A DNA stretch of 64,000 nucleotides from an uncultured Candidatus Rokubacteria bacterium (GTDB lineage: Bacteria; Methylomirabilota; Methylomirabilia; Rokubacteriales; CSP1-6): positions 35,422 through 99,421 of the forward strand of contig CAWBMV010000016.1 in NCBI GenBank assembly GCA_963789955.1, given 5' to 3'. The stretch's first letter is position 1, and each line of letters opens with the position of its first letter. Below are positions 38,018-48,158 of this stretch, piece by piece. A program made the position numbers and the translations under genes. The notes beneath the pieces were generated by a model. It did no database searches, was not told the origin of the DNA, and saw only the letters and a list, made by a program, of their open reading frames with translations.

Positions 38018-39177
38018 TCAGCGCTTTCCGAACCGGCGACGGGCGTTGTTCTCGAGCATCACGGCGAGCGACACACCGAGCACGAGCATGATCACGCCGG
38101 CGATCGCGCCGTTTCGCGTCGCCCGGGGGCGCGAGTACCGTGCGGCCGGGACCGCCCGGTCGAGCACCTGCACCACCGGGGTGTCTCGCGCCTCGGCGAT
38201 CCGCGCCTGCTCGAGCTGCTGGGTCAGCAAGGTCACGAGCACCTCTTGAATCTTCACCTCGCGTGCCAGCTTCACCAGCTCCAGCCCCAGCTCGGGGACG
38301 CGCGCGAACGGCACCATGAAGTCGCCCTTCTGGGCCCGACCGTCGGGGACGCTGCGCTCGCCGAATTGCATCTGCGCGTACTGCCGGTTCATCTCGTCGA
38401 TGCGCCGGCGCAGCGCGACGATCTCGGGATTGGCCTCCGTCGCGAAGTTCCGCATGACCTGCAGCTGCACCTCCGCGGCCATGATCTCGCCCTTCAGCCG
38501 CGCCGCGGCCTCGATCGCGCCCTTGGTCTGGTCTTGCAGCACGATCGCGCGGTTCTGCTCCTGAAACCGGCGCAGCGACTGCTCGGCGGAATCCAGGTCG
38601 ACCCGGGCTCGCGCGAGCTGGCCGGTCAGGAACATGCGCTGGCGCGAGGCCTCGCCGGTTCCGTAGCGCGCAATCTGCTGATCCAAGAGCTCGATGTAGT
38701 AGTTGGCGATCGCGGCAGCGGTCGCCGGATCTCGATCCTCGACCTTGACCGATATGACGCCCTCCCGCGAGGTGGCGATCGTGGTCAGGTCGCGCAGCTG
38801 CTTGACCGCGTCGTCGGGATAGCTGGCGCGGTAGCGAGCCTGAAGCCCGAAGCGCTCGACGATGGCCTGGGCGATCGTCCGGCTCTTGAGCACGCCGACC
38901 AGCAGATCGCGATTCGGCGTGAACGAGGGCAAGGTGGGCATGGCGACGCCTGGATTCTGCTGGAGCATACCGGACGCCAGCAGACCGCCGAGCACGCCGC
39001 CGCTTCCTTCTTTCGGCGTCACGAGGGTCGCCGTCGATTCGTACCACTTCGGCAGCAGCCTCGAGACACCGTAGGTGCCGACGCTGGCGACGACACACAG
39101 GGCGATGACGACCCACCGCTGTCGCCAGACCATCGACGTCAGATCGCCGAACGTCATCTCGCCGCCACGTTCTGACG
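38018..39177 (-). CDS. Polysaccharide co-polymerase / chain-length determinant (Wzz/GumC-like), no kinase domain
   Basis: The probable start is the ATGATG at 39177. The N-terminal TM helix plus Wzz motif read WRQRWVVIALCVVASVGTYGVSRLLPKWYESTATLV. It has a long coiled-coil periplasmic region and a C-terminal TM helix AIAGVIMLVLGVSLAVML. It ends without a Walker-type BY-kinase domain. Confidence 0.7.
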
Positions 39178-39183
39178 AGTCCA

Positions 39184-41055
39184 TCATTCGCTCGCTCTCC
39201 AGGGCCGGTACGTCGGCACCAGCTCCGCCAGCTTGGCGATCACGGCGGTGTCGTCTCCCGCGTCGGCGAGCCGCTCGAGCTCCGCGACCTGGCGCGTGAA
39301 CGTCTGCCACTCGGGCGCCGTGGACAGCTGCACCCGCAGGATGCCCTCCGCCGGCGTGAGGTCCGCGGTCTCGTCCTTGCCGATCAGCTCCTCGGACAGT
39401 TTTTCGCCGGGGCGCAAGCCCACGAAGGCGATGTCGATGTCCTCCTCGGGAACGAGCCCGGACAGGCGGATGAGGTTTCGTGCGAGGTCGAGGACCTTGA
39501 TCTGCTCGCCCATCTCCAGGACGAACGTGTCGCCGCCCTTCGCGAGCGTGGCCGCCTGCAGGACGAGGTGCACGGCCTCGGGAATCAGCATGAAGTAGCG
39601 GCGCATCTCGGGATGCGTCACGGTCACTGGGCCGCCAGCTTCGATCTGGGCGAGGAACTGGGGCACGACGCTGCCGTTGCTGGCCAGTACGTTGCCGAAG
39701 CGGACGGCCGAGTAGATCCCGGTCCCGTCGGCGCCCATGCTCTGGACGAGCAGCTCCGCCACTCGCTTGGTGGCGCCCATCACGCTCGACGCGTTCACCG
39801 CCTTGTCGGTGGAGATCAGGATGAACCGCTCGACGCCGAAGCGGAGCGCGGCCTCCATGATCGCGCGCGTGCCGCCGACGTTGTTGCGGACCGCCTCACA
39901 GGCGTTGCTCTCCATCAGCGGCACATGCTTGTGTGCCGCCGCGTGAAAGACGATCTCGGGTCGATGCGCGGCCAGCACGCCGGTCACGCGCGCCGCGTCG
40001 GAGACGTCCGCGACGACCGAGTGCGGGCGGCACCGTGTGTTCCGCCAGCACGGCTCGATCGTCAGCGAGTGCAGCCCGTTCTCGTATCGGTCCAGCAGAA
40101 CGACGGCCGCCGGTCCGAGCGCCGCGACCTGCCGCGCCAGCTCGGCGCCGATCGAGCCCCCGGCGCCGGTGATCATGACGCGCTTGCCCGCGATCAGGTG
40201 GCGGACCGGCTGGACGTCGAGCCCCAGCGGCGCTCGCTCGAGCAGATCCTCGACGGCCAGCGTGCGGATCTGGCTGACCGTCACCCGGCCATCGATCAGG
40301 TCGGGAAGGCTCGGCAACGTCTGGATCGGCACCGTGTAGGGCTCGAGCGCGCGGACGATCTCGCGGATCGCGGAGGGTCGCGCGCGGGGAATCGCCACGA
40401 CGACGGCATCGGGCTTCTGCCCCGCCATGATCTTCGGCAGCGCGGCGCGCGTGCCGAGCACCTTGACGCCGTGGATGCGGCGGCCCACCTTGGCCGGGTC
40501 GTCGTCGATGAAGCCCATCGGCTCGTAGCTGTAGAGCTCGTTTTGCCTCATGTCGCGCACGATCATCTCGCCGGCGTCGCCGGCGCCGTAGACGAGCACG
40601 CGCTTTTCCGGCACCAGGCGCGCCAGCTCCCGGTGCGTCCTTCGCACCAGGCGGATGCCGCCCATGAACGCGATGAGGAGCAGCGAGTCGAGCAGGTAGA
40701 CGGACGGCGGGTAGACCGCCGCATCGAACACCCACCGCAGCACGACGTAATATCCCCACGAGCTGAGCGACACCGCGGCCACGATGTTGAGGAGGTCACC
40801 GAGGCTCGTGTATCGCCACATCCCCTCGAAGAGCCGGAACGGGATGAATACGAGGATGCGGATGGCGACCAGCCACGGCAGCATCTCCAGATAGCGCGGA
40901 AAATCCAGGACCGACTGGGACGGCTTGAGATGCAAGAAGACCGCGAGGAAGTTCGACAGCAGGACCAGCGCCGCGTGCAAGATCACGATACTCGGGCGAC
41001 GGTAGCGATAGATGAACCGGGCCACCGCTCCCCGGTGCTCGAGCGGCTCGATCAC
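39184..41055 (-). CDS. CapD/PglF/WbpM-type membrane-anchored nucleotide-sugar 4,6-dehydratase
   Basis: Intact 623-aa ORF. It has four N-terminal TM helices, then two Rossmann regions (VLVYGAGDAGE; VMITGAGGSIGAEL) and AAAHKHVPLME..STDKAVNASSVMGATKR. Confidence 0.85.
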   Translation of the reverse strand: MIEPLEHRGAVARFIYRYRRPSIVILHAALVLLSNFLAVFLHLKPSQSVLDFPRYLEMLPWLVAIRILVFIPFRLFEGMWRYTSLGDLLNIVAAVSLSSWGYYVVLRWVFDAAVYPPSVYLLDSLLLIAFMGGIRLVRRTHRELARLVPEKRVLVYGAGDAGEMIVRDMRQNELYSYEPMGFIDDDPAKVGRRIHGVKVLGTRAALPKIMAGQKPDAVVVAIPRARPSAIREIVRALEPYTVPIQTLPSLPDLIDGRVTVSQIRTLAVEDLLERAPLGLDVQPVRHLIAGKRVMITGAGGSIGAELARQVAALGPAAVVLLDRYENGLHSLTIEPCWRNTRCRPHSVVADVSDAARVTGVLAAHRPEIVFHAAAHKHVPLMESNACEAVRNNVGGTRAIMEAALRFGVERFILISTDKAVNASSVMGATKRVAELLVQSMGADGTGIYSAVRFGNVLASNGSVVPQFLAQIEAGGPVTVTHPEMRRYFMLIPEAVHLVLQAATLAKGGDTFVLEMGEQIKVLDLARNLIRLSGLVPEEDIDIAFVGLRPGEKLSEELIGKDETADLTPAEGILRVQLSTAPEWQTFTRQVAELERLADAGDDTAVIAKLAELVPTYRPWRASE

Positions 41056-42161
41056 GCGTCACCGAAGAACCGCCGGATCGCGGCGGTCGTGAATTCGACG
41101 TGCTCGGCTGTCGTCTCCGCGCTCATCGGGAGCGAGAGGACCTCGTCGCACAGACGGCTCGTCTCGGGCAGGCCGGGGTCGGACAGGCCGAGCCCCTTGT
41201 GCTCCCACATCGGTTTGGGCCAATGCAGGAGCGTCTCCACGCCCTCGGCCCGGAGAAACGCGCGGAGCGCGTCGCGCCGGCCGGTGCGGATCACGTAGTT
41301 CTGGAAGCTGTCGAAGTGCCGCGTATCGGGAAAATTCGGCAGCCGCAGGTCCCCCACCCCGTCGAGCGCCCGGCCGTAGAGCGCGGCGATGTGGCGCCGG
41401 TGGTCGATCCACGCCGGAAGGTGCCGGAGCTTCACGTCGAGCACCGCGGCGTTGACGTTGTCGAGCAGCGCGGTATAGCCGTGCAGGTGAAACTCGCCCG
41501 TCTCGCGATCCTCGCCGTTGAAGCGTAGGAGCGTCACCTTGCGGGCGATCTCCGGGTCGTTCGTGGTCACGGCGCCGCCGTCGCCCAGCCCTCCGAGCGC
41601 CTTGAGCGGATAGAAGCTGAAGCAGCCGGCAGCACCGAAGCCGCCGGCCATGCGCCCTTCGAATCGTGCGCCCAGGGCCTGCGCGGCGTCCTCGATGACG
41701 GCGAGCCCATGCGTCTGCGCCAGCGCCATGATGCGCCGCATGTCGCACATCCGGCCGTTCAGATGGACCGGCATGATCGCGCGCGTTCGGGGCGTGATCG
41801 CGCGCTCGAGCAGCGTCACGTCCATGTTGTGGTCCGATCCGACGTCGATGAGCACCGGAGTGGCACCGGCGTGGACGATCGCGGACACGCTGGCGACGAA
41901 CGTGTGTGCCACGGTGATGACCTCGTCGCCCGGACCGATCCCGGCCGCGAGCAAGGAGAAGTGCAGCGCGTGATAGCCGCTGTTCACTCCGACCGCGAAC
42001 GCGGTTCCCACGAACGCCGCCAGGTGACGCTCGAAGCTCGCGAGCTGCTCGCGGAGCACGAGATCGCCCTTCGCCAGGGTCTCGGTGACCGCCGCGTCGA
42101 CCTCGGTCTTCAGGCGCCGGTAGTGCTCGCGCGGATCAACGAACGGGACGCGATACGCCAT
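41052..42161 (-). CDS. DegT/DnrJ/EryC1/StrS-family sugar aminotransferase
   Basis: Intact 369-aa ORF. Typical segments: FERHLAAFVG, VITVAHTFVASV, IMPVHLNGRMCDM, and FSFYPLKALGGLGDGGAV (PLP Lys context). Confidence 0.85.
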   Translation of the reverse strand: MAYRVPFVDPREHYRRLKTEVDAAVTETLAKGDLVLREQLASFERHLAAFVGTAFAVGVNSGYHALHFSLLAAGIGPGDEVITVAHTFVASVSAIVHAGATPVLIDVGSDHNMDVTLLERAITPRTRAIMPVHLNGRMCDMRRIMALAQTHGLAVIEDAAQALGARFEGRMAGGFGAAGCFSFYPLKALGGLGDGGAVTTNDPEIARKVTLLRFNGEDRETGEFHLHGYTALLDNVNAAVLDVKLRHLPAWIDHRRHIAALYGRALDGVGDLRLPNFPDTRHFDSFQNYVIRTGRRDALRAFLRAEGVETLLHWPKPMWEHKGLGLSDPGLPETSRLCDEVLSLPMSAETTAEHVEFTTAAIRRFFGDA

Positions 42162-42162
42162 G

Positions 42163-43147
42163 CTATCTCCTGTAGGAGCACACCTCGCGCGCCGCGGCCT
42201 CGATATCGTCGGCTCCCACGTAATACGCCGACTCGAGGGACGCGCTCATCGGCGCCGGAGCGTCTGGCAGGCAGACTCGCGCGACGGGCGCGACCAGGGT
42301 GTCGAAGCAATCGGCCGCGATCGTGGCGGCGATCTCCGCGGCCACGCCGCAGGTCCGCCAGGCTGCGTCGGCGACGACCAGACGGCGCGTCTTGCGCACG
42401 GACTCGACGACGCACGCGCGATCCCAGGGCTTGATCGACCGCAGGTCGATCACCTCCGCGTCGATCCCGTCCGCCTCGAGCGCGGTGGCCGCACGGGTCG
42501 CCTGGGGCGCCATGAACGAGGTCGCGACGATCGTGATCTGCCCTCCGGACCGGCGTATGGCCGCGGTGCCGATCTCGACCGCATACTCGACGGTCGGCAC
42601 GTCGCCGACCTCCTCGTAGAGCCAGCGATCGTCGATATAGAGGACCGGGTTTCCGTCGTTCACCGCCGCGACGAGGAGTCCCTTGGCGTCGTGTGGCGTG
42701 CTCGGCATGACGACCTTCAGGCCGGGCACGTGCGTGAACATCGCCTGCAGCGCCTGCGAATGCTGTGCGGCCTGCTCGCCGCCGCGGTTGATCACGGTCC
42801 GGATCACGATCGGCACGCTCGTCCGTCCGGCGAACATGTACGCCCAGTTCGCGGCCTGATTCACGATCGGGTCGACCGCGAGCAGCATGAAGTCCATCCG
42901 CGGGTGAAACACGATCGGGCGCATGCCGGCGAGGGCGGCACCGACGGCGGCGCCCGTCATCGCATTCTCGGAGACCGGCGAGTCCAGCACGCGATCGCGC
43001 CCGAACTCGCTTGTCGATGTCCTGAAGGCTAGCTCCCGCGTACCACGGGCTCCACAGGCCCTGCCCGATGACGAACACGCGCGGGTCCGAGGCCAACAGC
43101 TGCGCGAAGGCCTCGCGGATGGCCTGAGCGTAGGTCAGCGATCGCAT
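42163..43147 (-). CDS. TPP-dependent 2-oxoacid dehydrogenase E1 component, beta subunit-like, one apparent frameshift
   Basis: The N-terminus is MRSLTYAQAIREAFAQLLASDPRVFVIGQGLWSPW (ORF 42110..43225). The body is in ORF 42163..42990 (LDSPVSENAMTGAAVGAALAGMRPIV..MPSTPHDAKGLL..IDLRSIKPWD). The frame change is near 43000-43020. Confidence 0.8.
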
Positions 43148-43148
43148 C

Positions 43149-44134
43149 TCAGGGGGCATGCTTCGCGAGGCCGAACACGTGGGAAGCGACTCCTTTCGGG
43201 TCGGGGCGCGGCGACTCGCGAGCAAACTGCACCGAGCGCTCGATCTCTGTCGTGACGAGTGTCTTCTCGCGGGCGAGCTCCTCGTCGGGTATGCCGAGCG
43301 CGGCCAGCCGCCGGCCGAGCGACGCGATCGGGTCCTTGTCCAGCCACGCGTGCAGTTCGTCCTTCCGCTTCACACCGACGTCCTCGTCCCACGAGGGACC
43401 GACGTGCCCGCGCCACCGATACGTGTCGCAAACCAGCAAGGTCGGTCCCTGGCCGGCGCGGGCGCGCGCGACCGCCGCCACGGCGCCGTCGTACACGAGG
43501 TCAGCGGCATTGCCGTCGACGCGCCACGACGAAACGCCTTGAGCGTGACCGGCGCTGCTCGAGTCGGTCGATCGCTCGCCGCTCGAGCAACCCCATGTGG
43601 CTCGCGTAGAAGTTGTTCTCGCACACGAAGATAACTGGAAGGCGATAGAGCGCCGCCAGGTTGAGGGACTCGTGAAAGTGCCCTTCCTCCATCGCGCCGT
43701 CCCCGAAGAAGGAGACGGAGATCCGCGTGGTCCCGTCGGAGCTTCGACGCCAGCGCCGTCCCCACGGCGAGCGGGATCGTGGCGGCGACGAGTGGCACGG
43801 TGCCGAGGATGCCGACCTCCGGGGCGATCAGGTGCATGGACCCGCCGCGTCCGCCGGCGCAGCCGGTCTCCCTGCCGTACAGCTCGGCCATCAGCGCCGG
43901 AAGCTCGCCGCCCTTCGCGATGTAGTGCCCGTGAGACCGGTGCCCGCCCCAGACATAGTCCGTGGTCGCGAGCGCCGCGCACACGCCCGCCGCGATCGCC
44001 TCCTGACCGATGCACAGGTGGCAGGGACAGCGGATCTCGCCAGCTTCCATGAGCTCCGCGGCGCGCTCCTCGAAGAGGCGGATCCGAAGCATCGTCACAT
44101 AGAGACGACGCAGCACGGCGGCGTCAGCGGGCAT
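43149..44134 (-). CDS. TPP-dependent 2-oxoacid dehydrogenase E1 component, alpha subunit-like, apparent frameshifts
   Basis: The product is [49 protein letters not shown] (ORF 43370..44194), then [29 protein letters not shown] (ORF 43501..43692), then [12 protein letters not shown] (ORF 43149..44015). There are at least three frame changes. Confidence 0.8.
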
Positions 44135-44784
44135 GCGGCGGCGCTCCTTGCCGTTCCGGGATTCCGGCGTTCGCCACGAGACGCCGGACGACACGCGAGA
44201 TCACGTGGCGGAGCGTGGCGCCGAGGATGAGAAGATCCACCACGAGCGAGTGCCGGGAGACGTACTCGAGCTGAAGGCGCATCTTCTGCGGGCGAATTTC
44301 CTCGAGGTACACGCGTTCGGGATCGACGCGACCTCGGAGCAACGACTCCTTCATCTGGATTGCTGAGCGTCGCCCAGTCGGTGATGCCCGGTCGAACGTC
44401 GAGGATGCGGCGCTCCTCAGGCGAGAACATCCGGACGTACGCTTCCACCTCGGGCCGCGGCCCCACGAGACTCATGTGCCCGGCGACCACGTTGAAGAGC
44501 TGAGGAAGCTCGTCCAGCTTGTACCGGCGGAGCACGCCGCCGATGCGGGTGATACGCGGATCGTCGTCAGCCGTCGAAGAGCCTCCGAGCCGCTCGGCGT
44601 TCACGACCATCGTGCGAAATTTGCACATGCGGAACGGCCGGCCGTGCCGGCCGATCCTGACGCCCCGGTACAGCACGGGCCCATGATCCTCGCGCTTGAC
44701 CAGGACCGCGATCACGACGAGCAGCGGCGCCAGGACCAGAAGCCCGACGACCGCTGCGATGAGGTCCACGGTGCGCTTGACCAC
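44124..44784 (-). CDS. Small monotopic phosphoglycosyl transferase (bacterial sugar transferase, PglC/WbaP C-terminal type), one apparent frameshift
   Basis: It has a GTG start at 44784. The product is VVKRTVDLIAAVVGLLVLAPLLVVIAVLVK..GPVLY..RIGRHGRPFRMCKFRTM..DDPRITRIGGVLRRYKLDELPQLFNVVAGHMSLVGPRP. After GITDWATL the tail continues in ORF 44124..44354. Confidence 0.8.
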
Positions 44785-45668
44785 TACGCCAGCCCGCTCC
44801 CCGCGTTTCGCGCCGCGTGCAGCTGGTGCCCACCATTCAGGTCCTCGAGCACGGCCGAGACGTAACCGAGCTCCAGAACGCCATCGATGAAGGCCCCCAG
44901 GGCCGTGAGGTGGTGCGGCCCGAGGCCGCGTCGATGCCGTGTCGGGTTGTCCGCGGGGATCACCTGGTCCGCGCCGTCGACGAATTCCGCCGGATGCGCG
45001 TAGAAGACGAGGATCGAGCTTCGCGACCTGAGCCGATGGACGGCCCATCGGAGCGGAGCCAACCCCAGGACACGGAGCGCGCTCATGTTGAGTGGAAGCA
45101 GGAAGGCTGACGGCGGAACCTCGAGCACGGTGCTGGCGCCTCGGTCGTTCAGATCATCGAGAGATGGATGATATGGCTCGAGCGGCGCCCGGTAATATCG
45201 CGTCCGCCTCACCCCCGCCGGTCCGACCGAGAGCCGACGCGGCGACACCGACGAATCGTAGGAGTATCCGACGTCCTGCAGGACACGAACCGTCGTCTCG
45301 CTGACGAGGAGGTTCGGGGCCCGGAATGCCTTCGGCGACACGCCGGAGGCGTCTTCGACGGCGCGCGAGGCGTCCACCAGCCACGTCCGCTGTCGCTCCG
45401 CCGGCGCCAGACCGAAATTCTCGTCGTCGGTCGCGCTGAGCGAGCCGTGCTCCCACCCGTGGGTCCCGAGCGCGTGTCCGCGATGGGCAACCTCTCGGAC
45501 GACGTGCGGATAACGCTCGGCGAACCGGCCGGCCACGAAGAACGTGGCCCGGATGCCCAGGCGATCGCAGAAATCGCACAAGCGCAGGACTCCGGTCTCG
45601 GAGCCAACGACCCAATCGACGTCCACCGTGAACAAGAACCGCCGCGCGGGCAGGCCGGTCGGGTTCAT
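44784..45668 (-). CDS. Polysaccharide deacetylase family protein
   Basis: The ATG is at 45668. The product is MNPTGLPARRFLFTVDVDW..ATFFVAGRFAERYPHVVREVAHRGHALGTHGWEH, which is NodB-like. It is intact within ORF 44784..46163. Confidence 0.7.
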   Translation of the reverse strand: MNPTGLPARRFLFTVDVDWVVGSETGVLRLCDFCDRLGIRATFFVAGRFAERYPHVVREVAHRGHALGTHGWEHGSLSATDDENFGLAPAERQRTWLVDASRAVEDASGVSPKAFRAPNLLVSETTVRVLQDVGYSYDSSVSPRRLSVGPAGVRRTRYYRAPLEPYHPSLDDLNDRGASTVLEVPPSAFLLPLNMSALRVLGLAPLRWAVHRLRSRSSILVFYAHPAEFVDGADQVIPADNPTRHRRGLGPHHLTALGAFIDGVLELGYVSAVLEDLNGGHQLHAARNAGSGLA

Positions 45669-46213
45669 GGATGCTCGGCCGCGGCGGTGAGCGCGAAATA
45701 CCCGAGCGCGCGCACGCGCAGTCGATCCTTGCGAATGCCTTCGGCCACGAGCGACAGGCCGGCGCGCTTCGCGGCCCGGACCGATGCCACGTTGCTCTCT
45801 TCGGTCAGATACCAGAATCGACGGCCCGGGCGACCGAGCCGGCGGACGATCTCGCGGATCGCGAAGGTCGCCAGACCTCGTCCCCGATGCGTCTCGTCCG
45901 TCGCGGTATATCCGATCTGAAGGTCGCCCGGGCCCATGAACGGAAAGACGAAATAGGGTGGCAGCACCAGCGCGCGATGGGCGACGTGCCGGCCGGCGCG
46001 AATGATCAGCGCCCCGTACTCGCGGTTCCGGAAGCATTGCGTCTCGTGCATGAGCCAGCACACGTAGAGTCGCGCCGCGCGCTCGCCCGGCGGCACCGGA
46101 TGCGCCCACGAGGGCCGCCACAGCTCGACTCGGTATTCGCTCGGGAGCGGCGCCTCGGACCATGCCTCGCCGCTCTCGGCCGTGAACACCAGATAGCGTT
46201 CTAACGGGCGCAC
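45665..46213 (-). CDS. GNAT-family N-acetyltransferase
   Basis: Intact 182-aa ORF with the acetyl-CoA-binding-like segment THRGRGLATFAIREIVRRL and a ..ESNVASVRAAKRAGLSLV tail. Confidence 0.6.
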   Translation of the reverse strand: MRPLERYLVFTAESGEAWSEAPLPSEYRVELWRPSWAHPVPPGERAARLYVCWLMHETQCFRNREYGALIIRAGRHVAHRALVLPPYFVFPFMGPGDLQIGYTATDETHRGRGLATFAIREIVRRLGRPGRRFWYLTEESNVASVRAAKRAGLSLVAEGIRKDRLRVRALGYFALTAAAEHP

Positions 46214-46220
46214 GCCGCCC

Positions 46221-46910
46221 TCACGCGAATGCGGTCACGAAGTAGCACCCGCCTGTGTAGTCGAGATGCTTCACGTCGATCCTGGTGAACCCGGCTCGCG
46301 CCAGATAGTCGCGGGTCTCGGTCTCCGAGTGGTGGAAGACCTCACAGCGCCCCAGCAGCCGATACCGGATTCTGCGCATCGGCCAGCGCAGCGCGTCTTT
46401 GAACGGAACCGAGATGACCGCTGACCCGCGAATGTGCTTGCGCAGCGCCGCCAGGAACGCCACGGGCTCCGCGACATAGTCGAGGACGCCCATCACGATA
46501 GCGAAATCGAACGGCTCGTCGAGCTCGGCGACGCCGCGCACCGTCGGAAACGGCGAGCAGACGAAGCGGCACTGCTCGGCGAGACCCCGTCGGGCGGCTT
46601 CCTCACGCGCTCGCGCGATCATCGGCTCAGCGATGTCGAGCCCGACGATCTTCCGGGGACCCCACCGGGCCGCCTCGAAGCAATACACGCCCGATCCGCA
46701 GCCGATATCGAGCACCGACTTGCCATGCAGGAGAGGTCCGAGCGTCTTGAACGTGAGATCGTAGCGGTCGTAGATATCGCGCCGGAGCATCGCGTCGAGC
46801 GTACGCAACAGTCGAGTCCGCTTGCCGCCGTAGATCGAGTCCCACTGCTCCGAGAAGTCGGAAAAGAAGCGACGGACGTTCTCGCTCTGCGCCGGCGAGT
46901 GATGGCTCAT
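46221..46910 (-). CDS. Class I SAM-dependent methyltransferase
   Basis: Intact 229-aa ORF with motif I (VLDIGCGSGVY) and post-I (VGLDIAEPMI). Confidence 0.75.
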   Translation of the reverse strand: MSHHSPAQSENVRRFFSDFSEQWDSIYGGKRTRLLRTLDAMLRRDIYDRYDLTFKTLGPLLHGKSVLDIGCGSGVYCFEAARWGPRKIVGLDIAEPMIARAREEAARRGLAEQCRFVCSPFPTVRGVAELDEPFDFAIVMGVLDYVAEPVAFLAALRKHIRGSAVISVPFKDALRWPMRRIRYRLLGRCEVFHHSETETRDYLARAGFTRIDVKHLDYTGGCYFVTAFA

Positions 46911-48158
46911 CGGCGCGGGCCCGTGGTCTCGGCCACGCGCCGCAGCAACGCCTCGGTGAGTGGCGCACCGACCTCGAGCGACATTCGCTCGAGGTAGTAT
47001 GCGCGGCCGCGTGCGCCCATGGCGTCGAGCTCTTCGCGATCCGTCTCGAACAGCTTCCGCATCGCGTCGGCCAGCTCCGCGGGATCCTCGGGACCGCAGG
47101 TCGCCCCCGCGCCGGCGTCACGAACGATATCGGACGCGTCGCCGCGAACCGCCATCAGGATCGGGCGGGCGCTGGCCAGCGACACCTGCGTCTTGCTCGG
47201 GATCGTGCCCCGCAGGAACGGCAGGTCACGCAGGTGAACCAGCAGCACATCGGCGAGCGCGTTGATCCTGGGCATCTCCGAGTACTCGCGATGCCCGAGG
47301 AAGCGGACGTTGTCAGCCCCCAGCTCCCGGGCCAGCGACTTCAGCTGAGCCTCGCACTGCCCGGTCCCGCTTAGCACCACCTGGATTCTCGACTCGCCGC
47401 GGATCATGGCCGCCGCCCGGATGACGGTGTCGAGCCCCTGGAACGCGCCGAGGTTGCCCGCGTAGACGATATTGAACCGGCCCGTCAGACCCAGCGCGGC
47501 CGCCAGCGCGGGGTCGCGCTCGACGGGCTTGAATACCGTCTCGTCGGTCCAGTTGTAGATCACTTCCATCTTCTGGGACGGGACGCCGCGGGCGAGCAGC
47601 AGACGCTTGAAACCGGGAGAGAGAACCGACAGTGCGCCCGCCTGCCCGTAGGTCAGGCGGCACCAGCCCGCCAGGAGACGCTCGACGACGCGCCGCGCGG
47701 CGTTGTCGCCCAGCATTCCCGAGGCGACCACCGCTTCGGGCCACATGTCTGCGATGTGATACACGAACGGCATCCCGCGAAGCGCCTTCAACATGATCGC
47801 GGGCAGGCCAACGGTGGCCGGAGGGTGATAGACATACGCGACGTCGGCCTGCTCCACGAGCGCGGCGCCGAGTGTCGCCGCCGAGAGGGCGAATGTCGTG
47901 TAGTTCGCCACGCGGCCCAGCGCCGACGCATCGTGGCTCGGGTAGAGCGGCACGCGCAGTACCGGGATGCCGTCCATCACCTCGCGCTGCCAGAGCCGGA
48001 TGCGGTAGCCCGGGTAGACGCGGCCGCCCGGATAGTTCGGGACCCCTGTGAGCACGCTGGACCTCGTGCCCGCGCGCCGCGAGCCATCGCGCGAGCGGCA
48101 AGCCGCGGATGGCGCCCGGCTCGGGCTCGAACCATTGGGTCACGAAGAGGATCTTCAT
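46907..48158 (-). CDS. Glycosyltransferase family 4 (WcaI-like), one apparent frameshift near the N-terminus
   Basis: MKILFVTQWFEPEPGAIRGLPLARWLAARGHEVQ (frame of ORF 47313..48182) joins VLTGVPNYPGGRVYPGY.. (ORF 46907..48055). The C-terminal half carries a GT4 E-x7-E-like region. Confidence 0.8.

Noticed and set aside
38018-39177. The PCP gene considered as a Wzc-type tyrosine autokinase.
   Set aside because: The protein ends right after its second TM helix. No Walker A/B or Tyr-rich tail is present, and no separate BY-kinase gene is in the window.
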